Source: Eledone cirrhosa (Eukaryota). From it: a DNA stretch of 64,000 nt. The stretch is taken from assembly GCA_964016885.1 (NCBI GenBank), contig OZ024743.1, positions 280,674,001-280,738,000 of the forward strand. Direction: 5' to 3'. Each line of letters begins with the position of its first letter. Position 1 is the first letter of the stretch. The notes beneath the pieces are model-generated. The model made no database searches. It worked only from the letters and a program-made list of their open reading frames with translations, and was not told the DNA's origin. The translations under genes were made by a program, and so were the position numbers. Of this stretch, positions 1-10,214 are shown in pieces.

Positions 1-4
1 ACCG

Positions 5-263
5 ATATTGTTATACTTTGGGAGGGTCATGTTGCCAATCAGAAACACACGCACCAGTTGCTTTCACTTCAATTTATTATAATAAATTTATAAATTTAGG
101 AATTTATAAATTTCCGGTTGGTTGGTTGGTTCCACAACCAGATGGTTGTTTATATATTGTCAAAGTTCTTTTCTCACACATTCTGTGACCTCTTCAGTGA
201 CTGGGGGTTATTTTCTTTGTTTTTTGTGCCTCTCCTTTGTTCTGTCCTACGCCATCTTGTTTT

Positions 264-268
<5 letters not shown>
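5..268 (-). mobile_element. Solo Penelope-like terminal repeat (pLTR), same family as 5640-5946
   Basis: The reverse complement contains aagatggcgtaggac and ends atgaccctcccaaagtataacaatat. These match aaaatggcgtagac (~5655) and atgaccctccccaagtataacaatat (5921-5946) downstream of the GIY-YIG ORF. It carries a hammerhead motif at the equivalent position. Confidence 0.75.
159..201 (-). ncRNA. Minimal type-I hammerhead ribozyme motif (degenerate)
   Basis: Minus strand reads gtca-CTGAAGA-gg-tcaca-gaatg-tgtga-GAAA-agaactt-tgac. Stem I is gtca/tgac and stem II is tcaca/tgtga. Confidence 0.6.
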
Positions 269-297
<29 letters not shown>

Positions 298-301
<4 letters not shown>

Positions 302-501
302 AAAGAATAGAGGTGTAACACACAAGTTATGATATATTGGTAAACAGAAAAGAAAATGCTGACAAATTGTTCACAGTGAAAAATAGTTTAATTAGGAATA
401 AGTGAGAATTAGTAATAGCATTGGTTAGTATTCAGTTTTGGTTTTAAGTTTTACCGGTTGCGCATTTCTAATGCTTTTCAAAAATAATTTTGAGATAGAG
501 C
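298..501 (-). mobile_element. Interspersed repeat fragment (probable PLE pLTR family B)
   Basis: Near-collinear with the reverse complement of 9600-9808 and overlaps 8979-9031 in sequence (ttttaccggttg..catttctaatgcttttcaaaaataattttgagatagag). It abuts (TA)n. Confidence 0.7.
449..484 (-). ncRNA. Variant minimal hammerhead motif (UUGAAAA...GCAA-CCGG-UA)
   Basis: Minus strand reads ttt-TTGAAAA-gcat-tagaa-atgc-GCAA-CCGG-TA-aaa. Confidence 0.55.
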
Positions 502-838
502 GTCCGTAAAAGAGATAACTAGGTAAACTTTATCTGGCTGTCCCTCGCGGAAGATAGTCTGTATCATTTGTCTATTATTTCTTCATAGTTACATTTTAAA
601 CTTATAGCCTCGTTTAAATGATTATTTATGTGGTTGATTTATACGGACTAAGGGGAGGAAATACTGTATATATTTTATCTAATAATTCTTCAAACTTGCA
701 ATTTTATATATAGCTCTGATTAATGATTATTTGCTTAATTAATTCTTCATTGAGCCACACCGTGAAAGGTAGCCAAACTCATATATGTATCTGTGACTAT
801 GTCAAATTATATATATATATATCCCTTTGAATTTTATA

Positions 839-1708
839 TTTCCGCAAAATACATATAGTTAGCACCCCAAACATAAAATTGGGATTATACTAAGGTATAT
901 CCTAATGTTTGTTGAGTGAGATGGTAGCCAGTCAGAGTATAGCTTAAGGCTTTCTCTGTTAATGTATTGAATATTTTACTCTTGATTTGGCCAGAGATGA
1001 ACATTTCCAGATACCTTTTAAGCGTAACTCTCCGTATTTATTATTATTATGAAATATTGATTGTTATTCTGGTATCATATCTCTGTTTTTAGCCTAAGAA
1101 AATACCTATATGCGTGTATAATTAATATATGCATACATTTATTTTTTTAAAATCTAATTGAGTTCTTAACACGCAGGGTTAAAATTGTTGAAAAAATTAA
1201 TTGACCCACGTGTAAATTATTTTACTTTCTTGTGTTTCGCGATTGCCTCCCTTTTCCGCTTCGTGATGCTGTGAAATTCCTCATTCTGAGACTGCTGGAA
1301 TTTCAAATTTGGCGGTCATTATGATGCGAGAAGGGACAATTTTCTGACACGAAAACTGACATTGGTAAGAGATTTTTTCTCATATCAATGTTTGACGGGC
1401 ATCCACTGATGATTTATAAGTGCCCACCTGCATATGTTCTTACAGAAAAATGTGCAGGCTTCTACATAACCCGGACACATTCTCCCAACTTGTAGAAAAC
1501 TTATAATGAAACAATTGTTTGGAAAGGGAGATATATTTTAATTTTAATTATATCTCATATAAAATAATACAACTGGCTTTCCGCAAAATACATATAGTTA
1601 GCACCCCAAACATAAAATTGGGATTATACTAAGGTATATCCTAATGTTTGTTGAGTGAGATGGTAGCCAGTCAGAGTATAGCTTAAGGCTTTCTCTGTTA
1701 ATGTATTG
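839..1708 (+). mobile_element. Unclassified non-coding structured element: 739-bp unit plus 131-bp terminal direct repeat, inside (TA)n
   Basis: 839-969 is identical by eye to 1578-1708. (TA)n lies at ~808-822 and ~1709-1725. The ORF track shows no ORF here, and multiple stems with G-U pairs form on the + strand. Confidence 0.6.
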
Positions 1709-1736
1709 TATATATATATATATATGTGTCTACTTT

Positions 1737-1815
1737 AGGCACAAGGCCAGCAATTACCCAGTTCATTACTGGTACTTTATTTTATCGACCCTGTAAGGAT
1801 GAAAGGCAAAGTCAA
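1737..1815 (-). mobile_element. SINE fragment (octopus-type tRNA-derived SINE body)
   Basis: actggtactttattttatcgaccctgtaaggatgaaaggcaaagtc shares actggtacttta...ttatcgaccc with ~2290-2315. The family assignment is recalled, not searched. Confidence 0.6.
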
Positions 1816-1890
1816 GGGAACGATAAAACTGAGATACAAAATATGTTACTAGTTTCACGCTTTATATAAAAAAGGGAAATATATATATGC

Positions 1891-2030
<140 letters not shown>

Positions 2031-2254
2031 GCGTGAACGAAAGCAAAAGTGAATAGAGACAGAAGGAAAGTGATAATGATTTATAGAACGAATAAATGTA
2101 AAAATGTATTTATAATATCACATTAAAGTTAATAAATGAATGAATAGGAAAGTAAAATTGATGTATGTTTAATTATGAATGAAAGAATAGAGAAAGGAAG
2201 TAAACAAGAAGAGATATAGATGACTAGAAAATTGTTTCTACGTTTAGCACAATG

Positions 2255-2405
2255 GAAGGGGTAAGGCAATGAAATTGCCCTCAGAACGTTACTGGTACTT
2301 TACTTATCGACCCCTTAGGCAGGATTTGAACATAAAGAGCCGTAACTCTATGCCGTAAAGCATGTTGTCTGACGCCCTACCGATAAAGCCAATCCACCGT
2401 CTTGT
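2255..2405 (-). mobile_element. Degenerate tRNA-derived SINE
   Basis: Minus strand has an A-box-like tggctttatcggtag and a B-box-like gttcaaatcc, followed by the body motif shared with 1737-1815. Confidence 0.6.
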
Positions 2406-2459
2406 TAGACGATTAAGTAATAAATATCAAAATATAATGAAATAAAGAACGAGAGGTAA

Positions 2460-2760
2460 GATAGATATAGATAGATAGAAAGATAGATAGATAGATAGAT
2501 TTCTTTATTTTCCACAAGGGCGCACAAGAAAAGGGGACAATACAAAGACACATGCCGGGGATTTTACATACAGTCGTGTAAAAATATTGAAACAAACAAT
2601 TATAACAATCGAAATCCCCAATAGGGGGGAAGCGCCACAAATGGGTTGTTTAATACGCCGTCGATAGAACAACCCTCAACTTGAGGAGCGTGTTGTGCAA
2701 GTTCTCCCTTCTTCCTTTTGCTCTTCTTTAACCTACAGGTTTATAAACAGAGAAGGTCAA

Positions 2761-2839
<79 letters not shown>

Positions 2840-2846
2840 CATAGAT
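2460..2846. repeat. (GATA)n tracts (2460-2500, 2761-2846) split by a ~260-bp insertion
   Basis: GATA runs lie on both sides of unique sequence. Confidence 0.9.
2500..2760 (-). mobile_element. Probable 3' end of a non-LTR retroelement inserted in (GATA)n
   Basis: Minus strand ends ...cccttgtggaaAATAAAgaaat directly into (CTAT)n. No coding remnant is recognised. Confidence 0.4.
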
Positions 2847-2999
2847 CTGGAGAGAGAGAGTAAGGGTTTAAAAGTAGTACAAGAGAACCTTTTAATATTT
2901 CAGATGTCAGAACACATTTGATATTTGTACATCATTTGGTGTTGTTTTTGTTGTTGATATTTCTGTTGTTTTTGTTTATCTGGGAAGATGAGTCAAAAT

Positions 3000-3185
3000 A
3001 AACAGCAGCAACAACAACATCAACAATGACGATGATATTGACTGGAACTACAAAAATTAGAAGAAAATAACATCAGCCATAATAACAAACTCAACAACAA
3101 CAACAACAACAACAACAATGACGACCATAACAACAATGAGAACGACAGCAACAACAACAACGAGATAAGTAAAGCAAATGTAGAG
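3000..3185. repeat. Degenerate (CAA)n low-complexity tract
   Basis: caacaacaa runs with cag/gac variants. Confidence 0.85.
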
Positions 3186-3659
3186 CAGAGCAATAGAAAG
3201 AAACTCAATAGTTAAATCAGCCATTTGTAAAGAAAACAAAATCATAAATAAATTAATTAATTAAAAATAAATAAATAAATACAATAAATAAAAAGTTATA
3301 CAATTACCTCTTCAGCAACAACAAAAAAGGAGGTAAAGAAATTTATTCTTTATTCGGTGCAGAGTAACAGAGTATTGTTATTTTGATGATGAAGAGTAGG
3401 ATGATGGCGGCGGTGACATATAACAACAAAAGTGAAATTGGTTTGTAGAACTGGAAACATTTTCTTATAGTTATCTGTCTATTTTGCTATTGTATTTTAT
3501 ATCATTTCATTTGATTTCGTTTGAATTTCTTTTCGTTGTTTTCTTCCATGAACATTTTTCAGTAAGACATATGTAAATTGTTAACGTTTATTTTGACTTA
3601 TGTCGTCCCAATCTGGCTTTCTGGCTTACGTAGAATTTTATTTTTTTCACTGTTCGTAA

Positions 3660-3889
3660 ATGTATGTATGTATGTATGTATGTATGTATGTATGTATGTA
3701 TGTATGTATGTATGTATGTATGTATGTATGTATGTATGCATGTATGTATGTATGTATGTACGTATGTATGTATGTATATATGTATGTATGTATGTACGTA
3801 TGCATGTATGTATGTATGTGTGTATGTATGCATGTATGTATATATGTATATATGCATATATATATATATGTATATATATATGTGTATGA

Positions 3890-3938
<49 letters not shown>
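3660..3938. repeat. (TATG)n grading into (TA)n
   Basis: Direct reading. Confidence 0.97.
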
Positions 3939-3943
<5 letters not shown>

Positions 3944-4404
3944 GTGAGGTTTTTTTTACAAAATGAAAAATAACCGAGGTGTCCTACACGAGTGAAAGTA
4001 TAAAGAAAAAAAGATGAAATCGAAAATGCAACTGGAGTCTTATTTTTTTTTAAAATATATATATTTTTATTTGGTTCCTTTACCGGTTTCGCAGTTCTTC
4101 TGCTTTTCAAAAGTAGAGTTGAGATGGAGGGTCTGTGGTTTTTCTCACATCTGGTTGGTCTCTGAATGTTACTTGTTTTATATGGCAAAAGTGGCTCGAA
4201 ATGCCAGGTTTTTCGAGAAGTAATTTGATTGGTTGGTCAATAATTATAATAAATTTCGCGCCAGTTCGCGTTACAATAGTTCTTCAAATAAGAGGGGGGG
4301 GTGTCACAGGTTGTTTTTTCATATATGAGTGTTTGAATCTCTTTTTACTTGAAAAAAGGGGCTCACGAAGGCTTTTTTTTTAAATAAGCGTAATTTGATT
4401 GGTT
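3938..4404 (-). mobile_element. Diverged member of repeat family B (pLTR-like)
   Basis: Shares ordered blocks with the 8979-9808 copies: gaggtgt, tttaccggtt.cgca, tgcttttcaaaa, ttgagat.gag, aaaagtggctc, ataaatttcgcgcca.ttcg. It is bounded by (TA)n. Confidence 0.65.
4078..4113 (-). ncRNA. Variant minimal hammerhead motif (U3-A8 core)
   Basis: Minus strand reads ctt-TTGAAAA-gcag-aagaa-ctgc-GAAA-CCGG-TA-aag. Stems I and II are intact, stem III is the palindrome ACCGGT, and the cleavage triplet is GUA. Confidence 0.7.
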
Positions 4405-4425
4405 ATATATATATATATATACTGG

Positions 4426-4469
<44 letters not shown>

Positions 4470-4510
4470 CGGCGGGGAATTAGTTTTGCGAGGTTTTTTT
4501 ATATGAAATC

Positions 4511-5449
4511 GTGTGTCGAAACAAACACTATGTTAAACCCATGGCCTCCAAATACCTGATACTCAAAAACTCAGCAATGTCCAGTAGTGCTAGGTTTAAT
4601 ATTCTGATCGCAGATTTGGTACGAGTGATGAAGAATGTGTCCCGCATGTGCGACCCAACAGAAATGGAAAGACACATCCAACACTTCATCAACCGCATGC
4701 AGTTCTCTGGCTACAACCAAAGAGACAGAGTCAGAGTATACAAAGGAGCCATGGAGAAGTATAAGACCCTCATAGAACTGGACATGAAAGGAATTTGCCC
4801 ATTATACAGGAGCAAATCATGGAATAGCTTAGATAGGGCTAGACATAAGATAGGGAAAGCCACCTCATGGTACGACAACCAGAGATACCAGAGTGTCATG
4901 TTTGTGGACGCTACCGCTGGAGGGAAATTAGCTAACCAGTGTAGAAAGGCCCTGAGAAAGACCCACTTAAAAATTAAGGTGGTAGAAAAGCCAGGAACCA
5001 CCATAAAATCCCTGATCAGCAAAACCTACCCTTTTAAGAAAACCCACTGTACCAATAGGAAATGTATCATATGTAAGGTAAACCCCCGGATAAACTGTAA
5101 AACTAGAAACGTAGTCTATAGCATAAGATGTACAGAGGGTACTTGCAGAAATATGACAAGAACATACATAGGTGAGACAGCTCGTAGCATAGGTGAAAGA
5201 ATAGACCAACACTGGGGGGAACTAAAAGGACGAAAAAACGAGTCAGTACTATACGAACATTCCAGACAACAACATGACGGTAACATAGACAACATAGAAA
5301 TTAGAATAATATCTAAACATAGAAATGACCCAGCAGATAGGCAAATCAGAGAGGCCAGTGAAATAGAACTTAGAAGACCAAAACTAAACAGAAAGAATGA
5401 ATGGAATAACAACACCCAAACAAACAACACTGACCTAAGAGAAGTATAA
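4511..5449 (+). CDS. 5'-truncated Penelope-like retroelement ORF: RT thumb, Cys-rich linker, GIY-YIG endonuclease
   Basis: YVKPMAS...SAM...RMQFSGY thumb region, CTNRKCIIC linker, NVVYSIRC...YIGETARSIGERIDQH...LYEH...H...RQIREA nuclease motifs. The frame is uninterrupted for 312 codons and the RT catalytic core is absent. The annotated start is probably not a real start. Confidence 0.9.
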   Translation: MCRNKHYVKPMASKYLILKNSAMSSSARFNILIADLVRVMKNVSRMCDPTEMERHIQHFINRMQFSGYNQRDRVRVYKGAMEKYKTLIELDMKGICPLYRSKSWNSLDRARHKIGKATSWYDNQRYQSVMFVDATAGGKLANQCRKALRKTHLKIKVVEKPGTTIKSLISKTYPFKKTHCTNRKCIICKVNPRINCKTRNVVYSIRCTEGTCRNMTRTYIGETARSIGERIDQHWGELKGRKNESVLYEHSRQQHDGNIDNIEIRIISKHRNDPADRQIREASEIELRRPKLNRKNEWNNNTQTNNTDLREV

Positions 5450-5938
5450 ATAAGTAAATAAAATAAAATAAATAAATAAATAAATAAATAAATACATACA
5501 CAAGCACATAAAAACACACTAGTCACCCAATCATGAACACACATCACACATCAAACAAAACACTATACACACACACAAACGCATGCGCAAAGAAGACAAA
5601 ATAGAATAAACAAACAAGCAAATAAATAAATAAATATATAGACAGACTGAATAAAAATGGCGTAGACATACAATACAACGGGAGGAAACAATAGCACCAC
5701 TGACGATGTTGCAGATGTGCAACGAAAGATTTATGATAAACTATATATATGTGTTTGTGTCTATATTGTATCTGTATTATTTTTGACCGTCGGTCAGTCA
5801 ATGGTAACATTGAGGACCGAGTAAATTAGGTTACCGATATAAAAGATACAGAAGCGAAAAGCGAAAACCAACCAAACAGTGAGTGTGTTCTGTTATTAAT
5901 TCTGGCAATATTACACAAATATGACCCTCCCCAAGTAT

Positions 5939-5946
<8 letters not shown>
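4520..5946 (+). mobile_element. Penelope-like element copy (ORF 3' half, UTR and pLTR with hammerhead), ending in (TA)n
   Basis: The ORF above, a hammerhead at 5696-5737, and a terminus matching the solo repeat at 5-268, followed by (TA)n. Confidence 0.85.
5696..5737 (+). ncRNA. Minimal type-I hammerhead ribozyme motif in pLTR
   Basis: acca-CTGACGA-t-gttgca-gatg-tgcaac-GAAA-gatt-TA-tgat. Stem II is a perfect 6 bp and stem I has one mismatch. PLE terminal repeats are known to carry minimal hammerheads. Confidence 0.75.
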
Positions 5947-6022
<76 letters not shown>

Positions 6023-6074
6023 ATATATATATATATTTATATATATATATTTAAGTATATGTATATATTCATAC

Positions 6075-6266
6075 ACACACACATTCTTCCTCTTCCCACA
6101 CTCGTCTATATTTGTATTTCTTCTTTTATTCGTCATTTTATCTTCTGATGAATGACTGAAGTCTAAAACGTTATGACACTTTTCCTACTATATCAAGCGT
6201 TAAACTAATATATATTCCTTCTACTGTAACATTCTTCAGAGTTGATCATCTGTTTACTATTTGCAT
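6075..6266 (+). mobile_element. pLTR-like relic (family C) with decayed hammerhead at 6141-6177
   Basis: tctt-CTGATGA-at-gac-tgaa-gtc-taaaacgtta, then agcgttaaactaata, ending atttgca+(TA)n. This parallels the minus strand of 8813-8925. Confidence 0.5.
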
Positions 6267-6276
6267 ATATATATAT

Positions 6277-6330
<54 letters not shown>

Positions 6331-6439
6331 CGTTTCTACGGGTTTGTTTACTAATTTTTCATTTATATGTTACGTATCTGTATGTGTGAGAATTTCTGTG
6401 TGGTGCAGCAATGCTTTATCCGTGTCATTGTGTGCGTGG

Positions 6440-7535
6440 ATGGGCAGATTAGAGGAAGAGAGGCGATGCATTTGGGCTATTGGAGGTAGATGTAACTAGG
6501 AAAAAATAACTCTCTGTTCCTTCTGGTGGCACGTGTTTTGGGGTCCGGTGCAGGAAGCGAGCTCGAACATAGTAAGCTGACCCGTGGAATAATTGGCAGT
6601 CGAGCCACCGAGGACGGGTTCGGCCCGGATATCCCGCAGATGTTCTACGAATCTCTCAGCCAGTCGACAGCCAGTATATGGCTTCGCATAGCGTACACCG
6701 GAGCCCAAAGACGAGGCTTGTGGAAGTGCAGTTGAAAGAGTCCCTAAAATGAAAGATACGGTTGTTAGGGCCGATGAGTTTGGTGGTCTGGGTGATGAAG
6801 CTGCATTTGTGGCAGTGAGGTTAGAAGCAGGGTTGGTATCCAATGAACGAGGTAGGGAACTGCGGACGAGAAGGTTCCTAATATTGCAAAGCATTTAAAA
6901 AAAGGAGGGGTGCTAGGGTAAGATGGGAGATTTAGAGGGATCCGACTGGAGCCGGCGGAAAATGCAAAGAATTTTCTTTGTGGGGGGGCAAGGTTGAAGG
7001 GTGGTAGGTAAAGGGAAATGATAGCTGGTTGGTGGGGGACGTAGTGTAAGGGCAAATATGCAATCGACTCCACAGCATGGGTGGGTGCGGCTTACATCAG
7101 GGTGAGAGGGGTATCTTCGCCGGGTGAATAGTTAAGCCATGTAATGAGCCTCAACCTCAAAATCATGGGTTCGATTTCAAAGACGGTAAAGATGAAGGAA
7201 TTGGGAGCAGGGGACGGAGTGTTTGCTGTCGAGGTAGGTGTGGAAGTCGGTGGATATAAAGAAGGTTAATATGATGAGGGACCAATTTGAAGGGTTTATA
7301 TAAACACAAATATCCATGAGGTGGACGGAACTGGTGGATACAGAGGTAGTTAAGTCAATGGCTGGTTGAAAGGAATAGAAGAAGGAGAGGCAGAAGGTGA
7401 GCTGTTCTCGAGTGAGATACGTGGGGCCGATGCAGTCGGTAATAGGATATCTGTATATCTCGGGATTTGCGCCGGTGCATTGGAAAAAGATTTGGGCCTC
7501 AACATAATCGACGAATAAGTTGGCGGGCCAGTTTA
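6440..7535 (-). pseudogene. Decayed Penelope/Poseidon-like RT plus GIY-YIG fragment
   Basis: ANLFVDYVE...EIYRYPITDCIG (degenerate RYIDD), TDFHTYLD, SVPCSQFL, then PLHYVPH, NIRNLLVRSSLP, TGCRLAERFVEHLRDIR and KEQRVIFS, spread over several frames with stops. Confidence 0.8.
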
Positions 7536-7765
7536 AGATGAAGGACATACACACATACATACATGATCTGATGGCTGCCCCCTTGTTATCGAGTATGGCC
7601 ATTGAATGATATACCATTATTAATAATTATTAATTAATTCTATCATGCAATGCCTGTGAGTGAAAATATTTTTAAAGTGAGGAAAGACTGTGCACTGAGC
7701 CAATCCCACTCTCTGAGCAACAGTAGCTATAACTCGAAAAGAAGAAAAGATCAACATCATCGGTA

Positions 7766-7910
7766 ACTACTGAGCCGCAGGTTTTATATCGGAGTAATCC
7801 CAGTTTCCTGAGTTGCCTCCTCCTAGAAGAATGCCCTGAGAAAGGCTAGGAGTCCATCGCTCCCAGTGGTTTAACCGCGTGATCGAGTGTCCAGTCCGAC
7901 TATTTCTATA
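7766..7910 (-). mobile_element. Possible RTE-type LINE 5'-UTR fragment
   Basis: The minus-strand motif tagcctt...ctaggaggaggcaactc resembles recalled RTE 5' UTRs. It is a GC-richer island abutting (CATA)n. Confidence 0.3.
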
Positions 7911-7934
7911 CATACATACATGCATACATACATG

Positions 7935-8013
<79 letters not shown>

Positions 8014-8186
8014 GATGTTATATTTAATTTGTTGGGATTCAACAAGCTTAAACATTTTTATAACTGATATAAATTTTTATAACTGAAAGCGCACCATAAT
8101 TATCCTTGGTTGCCCTTGAAATATGTATAATAAAATAAATATGGTTTTATAAATATAGTTTCCATTTATTAATATATTGTATATAT

Positions 8187-8284
<98 letters not shown>

Positions 8285-8292
8285 CATATGTG

Positions 8293-8356
<64 letters not shown>
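7908..8356. repeat. Compound (CATA)/(CA)/(TA)/(TG) microsatellites with a short unique spacer
   Basis: Direct reading. Confidence 0.9.
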
Positions 8357-8359
<3 letters not shown>

Positions 8360-8606
8360 CACTTTGGTCTCATTTATATCCGTTTTTCCACGCTTGCATG
8401 GATTGGATGGGTCCTTCTCAGCTCGGCATCTCTCTACTTGTTGCGTTCCTTCCTAAGCCACTCATCTGTGAAACGTTCGCAACTGAGCCTCATCATTGTA
8501 AAATCTTGTTATGTTCTTAATATATACACTCTGCTGTTGTATTGAGTGCTGATATTGGTACCTTTCTCGGTAAACTACGAATCTACTAAATCATTTAATA
8601 CATATA

Positions 8607-8652
<46 letters not shown>

Positions 8653-8775
8653 CACACACACACACACACATATATATATAGGAAAAAGTTTAACCCCGAC
8701 GGCAGAGCTTAAGCCGTTTCGACGACAATTTCTGGTGAGTTATGGTCCATCTGGTTCCTTACCACACATCTTTCG

Positions 8776-8812
<37 letters not shown>

Positions 8813-8815
<3 letters not shown>

Positions 8816-8960
8816 CAAATGTAGACGAGAACAAAACAGAGAGGCAGACAAATAAAGGTTTATTAGGTTCACGCTCTTGGGAGTGGGGGGGAACGACGTT
8901 TCGTGCATAAGCCCTTCTTCAGGATAAATAGGTTAGGAAGAGAGTTCCGAGGGTGTGTGG
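8813..8960 (-). mobile_element. pLTR-like relic (family C) with hammerhead motif at 8892-8925
   Basis: Minus strand reads atc-CTGAAGA-a-gggc-ttat-gcac-GAAA-CG-TC-gtt, then agcgtgaacctAATAAA...atttgcac+(TA)n. Confidence 0.65.
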
Positions 8961-8978
8961 AAATACATTTAGAAAAGC

Positions 8979-9804
8979 TTTTACCGGTTGCTCATTTCTA
9001 ATGCTTTTCAAAAATAATTTTGAGATAGAGCGCTCGTGATTTTTGCTCTAATCTGATCAGTTTTGGAAATTCTTCCTGTTTTATGTGAAAAAAGTGGCTC
9101 CAGAGGTATTAAGATTTGGTTGGTTGTTGAATGTCACGTGAATAAGCATATTTGTCTTAATAGACACCTGAACATGACCTTTCAACATGACTGCAACTCA
9201 TGCACATACACACACATCCCTACTGACCATTATCACATCAATGAACCACTTTACTAAACACACACAAACACATATTTGTCTTAATAGACATATTTTCAGT
9301 GACTTCTCAACATAACTGCAACTCAATCAAGCGGAAAAGGATACTCTTCGACAAACCTACATTTGGCGCGAAACCAGTTCGCGCTAAAATCAATTTTAAC
9401 ATTCGTGTGACTTCTACCGACCAATCAAAATTGTTTTGACTACAAGAATTTTTGCAACACGAATTGGCGCGAAATTTATAGTGCTTATTCACGTGACATT
9501 CAACAACCAACCAAATCTTAATACCTCCCAAGCCATTTTTTTCACATAAAACAGGAGGAATTTCCAAAACTGATCAGATTAGAGCAAAAATCACGAAGAC
9601 TCTATCTCAAAATTATTTTTGAAAAGCATAAGAGATGCGCAACCGGTAAACCTGAATACTAACTAATACTTATTACTAATTTATACTTATTACTAATTTA
9701 TACTTATTCCTAATTAAACTATTTTTCACTGGGAAAAATTTGTTAGCATTTTCTTTTCCTTTTTACTAATATATCACAACTCGTGCGTCACACCTCTATT
9801 TTTT

Positions 9805-9808
<4 letters not shown>
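8979..9808 (+). mobile_element. Family B element with inverted arm: 8979-9148 is the reverse complement of 9482-9650
   Basis: The ~170-bp arms carry scattered substitutions. Both contain the TTGAAAA-gcat...GCAA-CCGG-TA motif (8979-9014 minus, 9617-9650 plus). The element ends at (TA)n. Confidence 0.75.
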
Positions 9809-9852
<44 letters not shown>

Positions 9853-9938
9853 GTAGGAGGTGAGTTTTATTGTAGTACAATAAAGCAATGCAGATATCGG
9901 ATAAGAAGCACTCTACAGTTTGTAGGACTGGAGTATAC

Positions 9939-9992
<54 letters not shown>

Positions 9993-10214
9993 GGTCGCCC
10001 TTATTTTTCAACATACTAAAATACATATAGCCATATGTGGTTGACAGCTGAGAGAAATGAGTACTCGGTATTGAGTAATATATACATATATACATATATA
10101 TATATATATGTGTGTGTGTGATTTGTATATATACTCCCCTTACTATCCTTGCTTTCCTATTTCTCCTTCCTCTTCTTTTCTCATTGTATTTGTATATAAA
10201 CAAGTACATAGATA

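Noticed and set aside
1397-1490. Hammerhead around CTGATGA at 1406-1412
   Set aside because: There is no consistent stem I partner or NUH site. The motif sits in the loop of a gggcat/gtgccc hairpin.
7130-7190. tRNA-like gggttcgattt B-box
   Set aside because: There is no cloverleaf, and it lies within the decayed PLE coding region on the opposite strand.
8465-8500. Minus-strand tgatga...gcgaacgttt hammerhead-like string
   Set aside because: It has only a 2-bp stem, with both C3 and one core A missing, so it is indistinguishable from chance.
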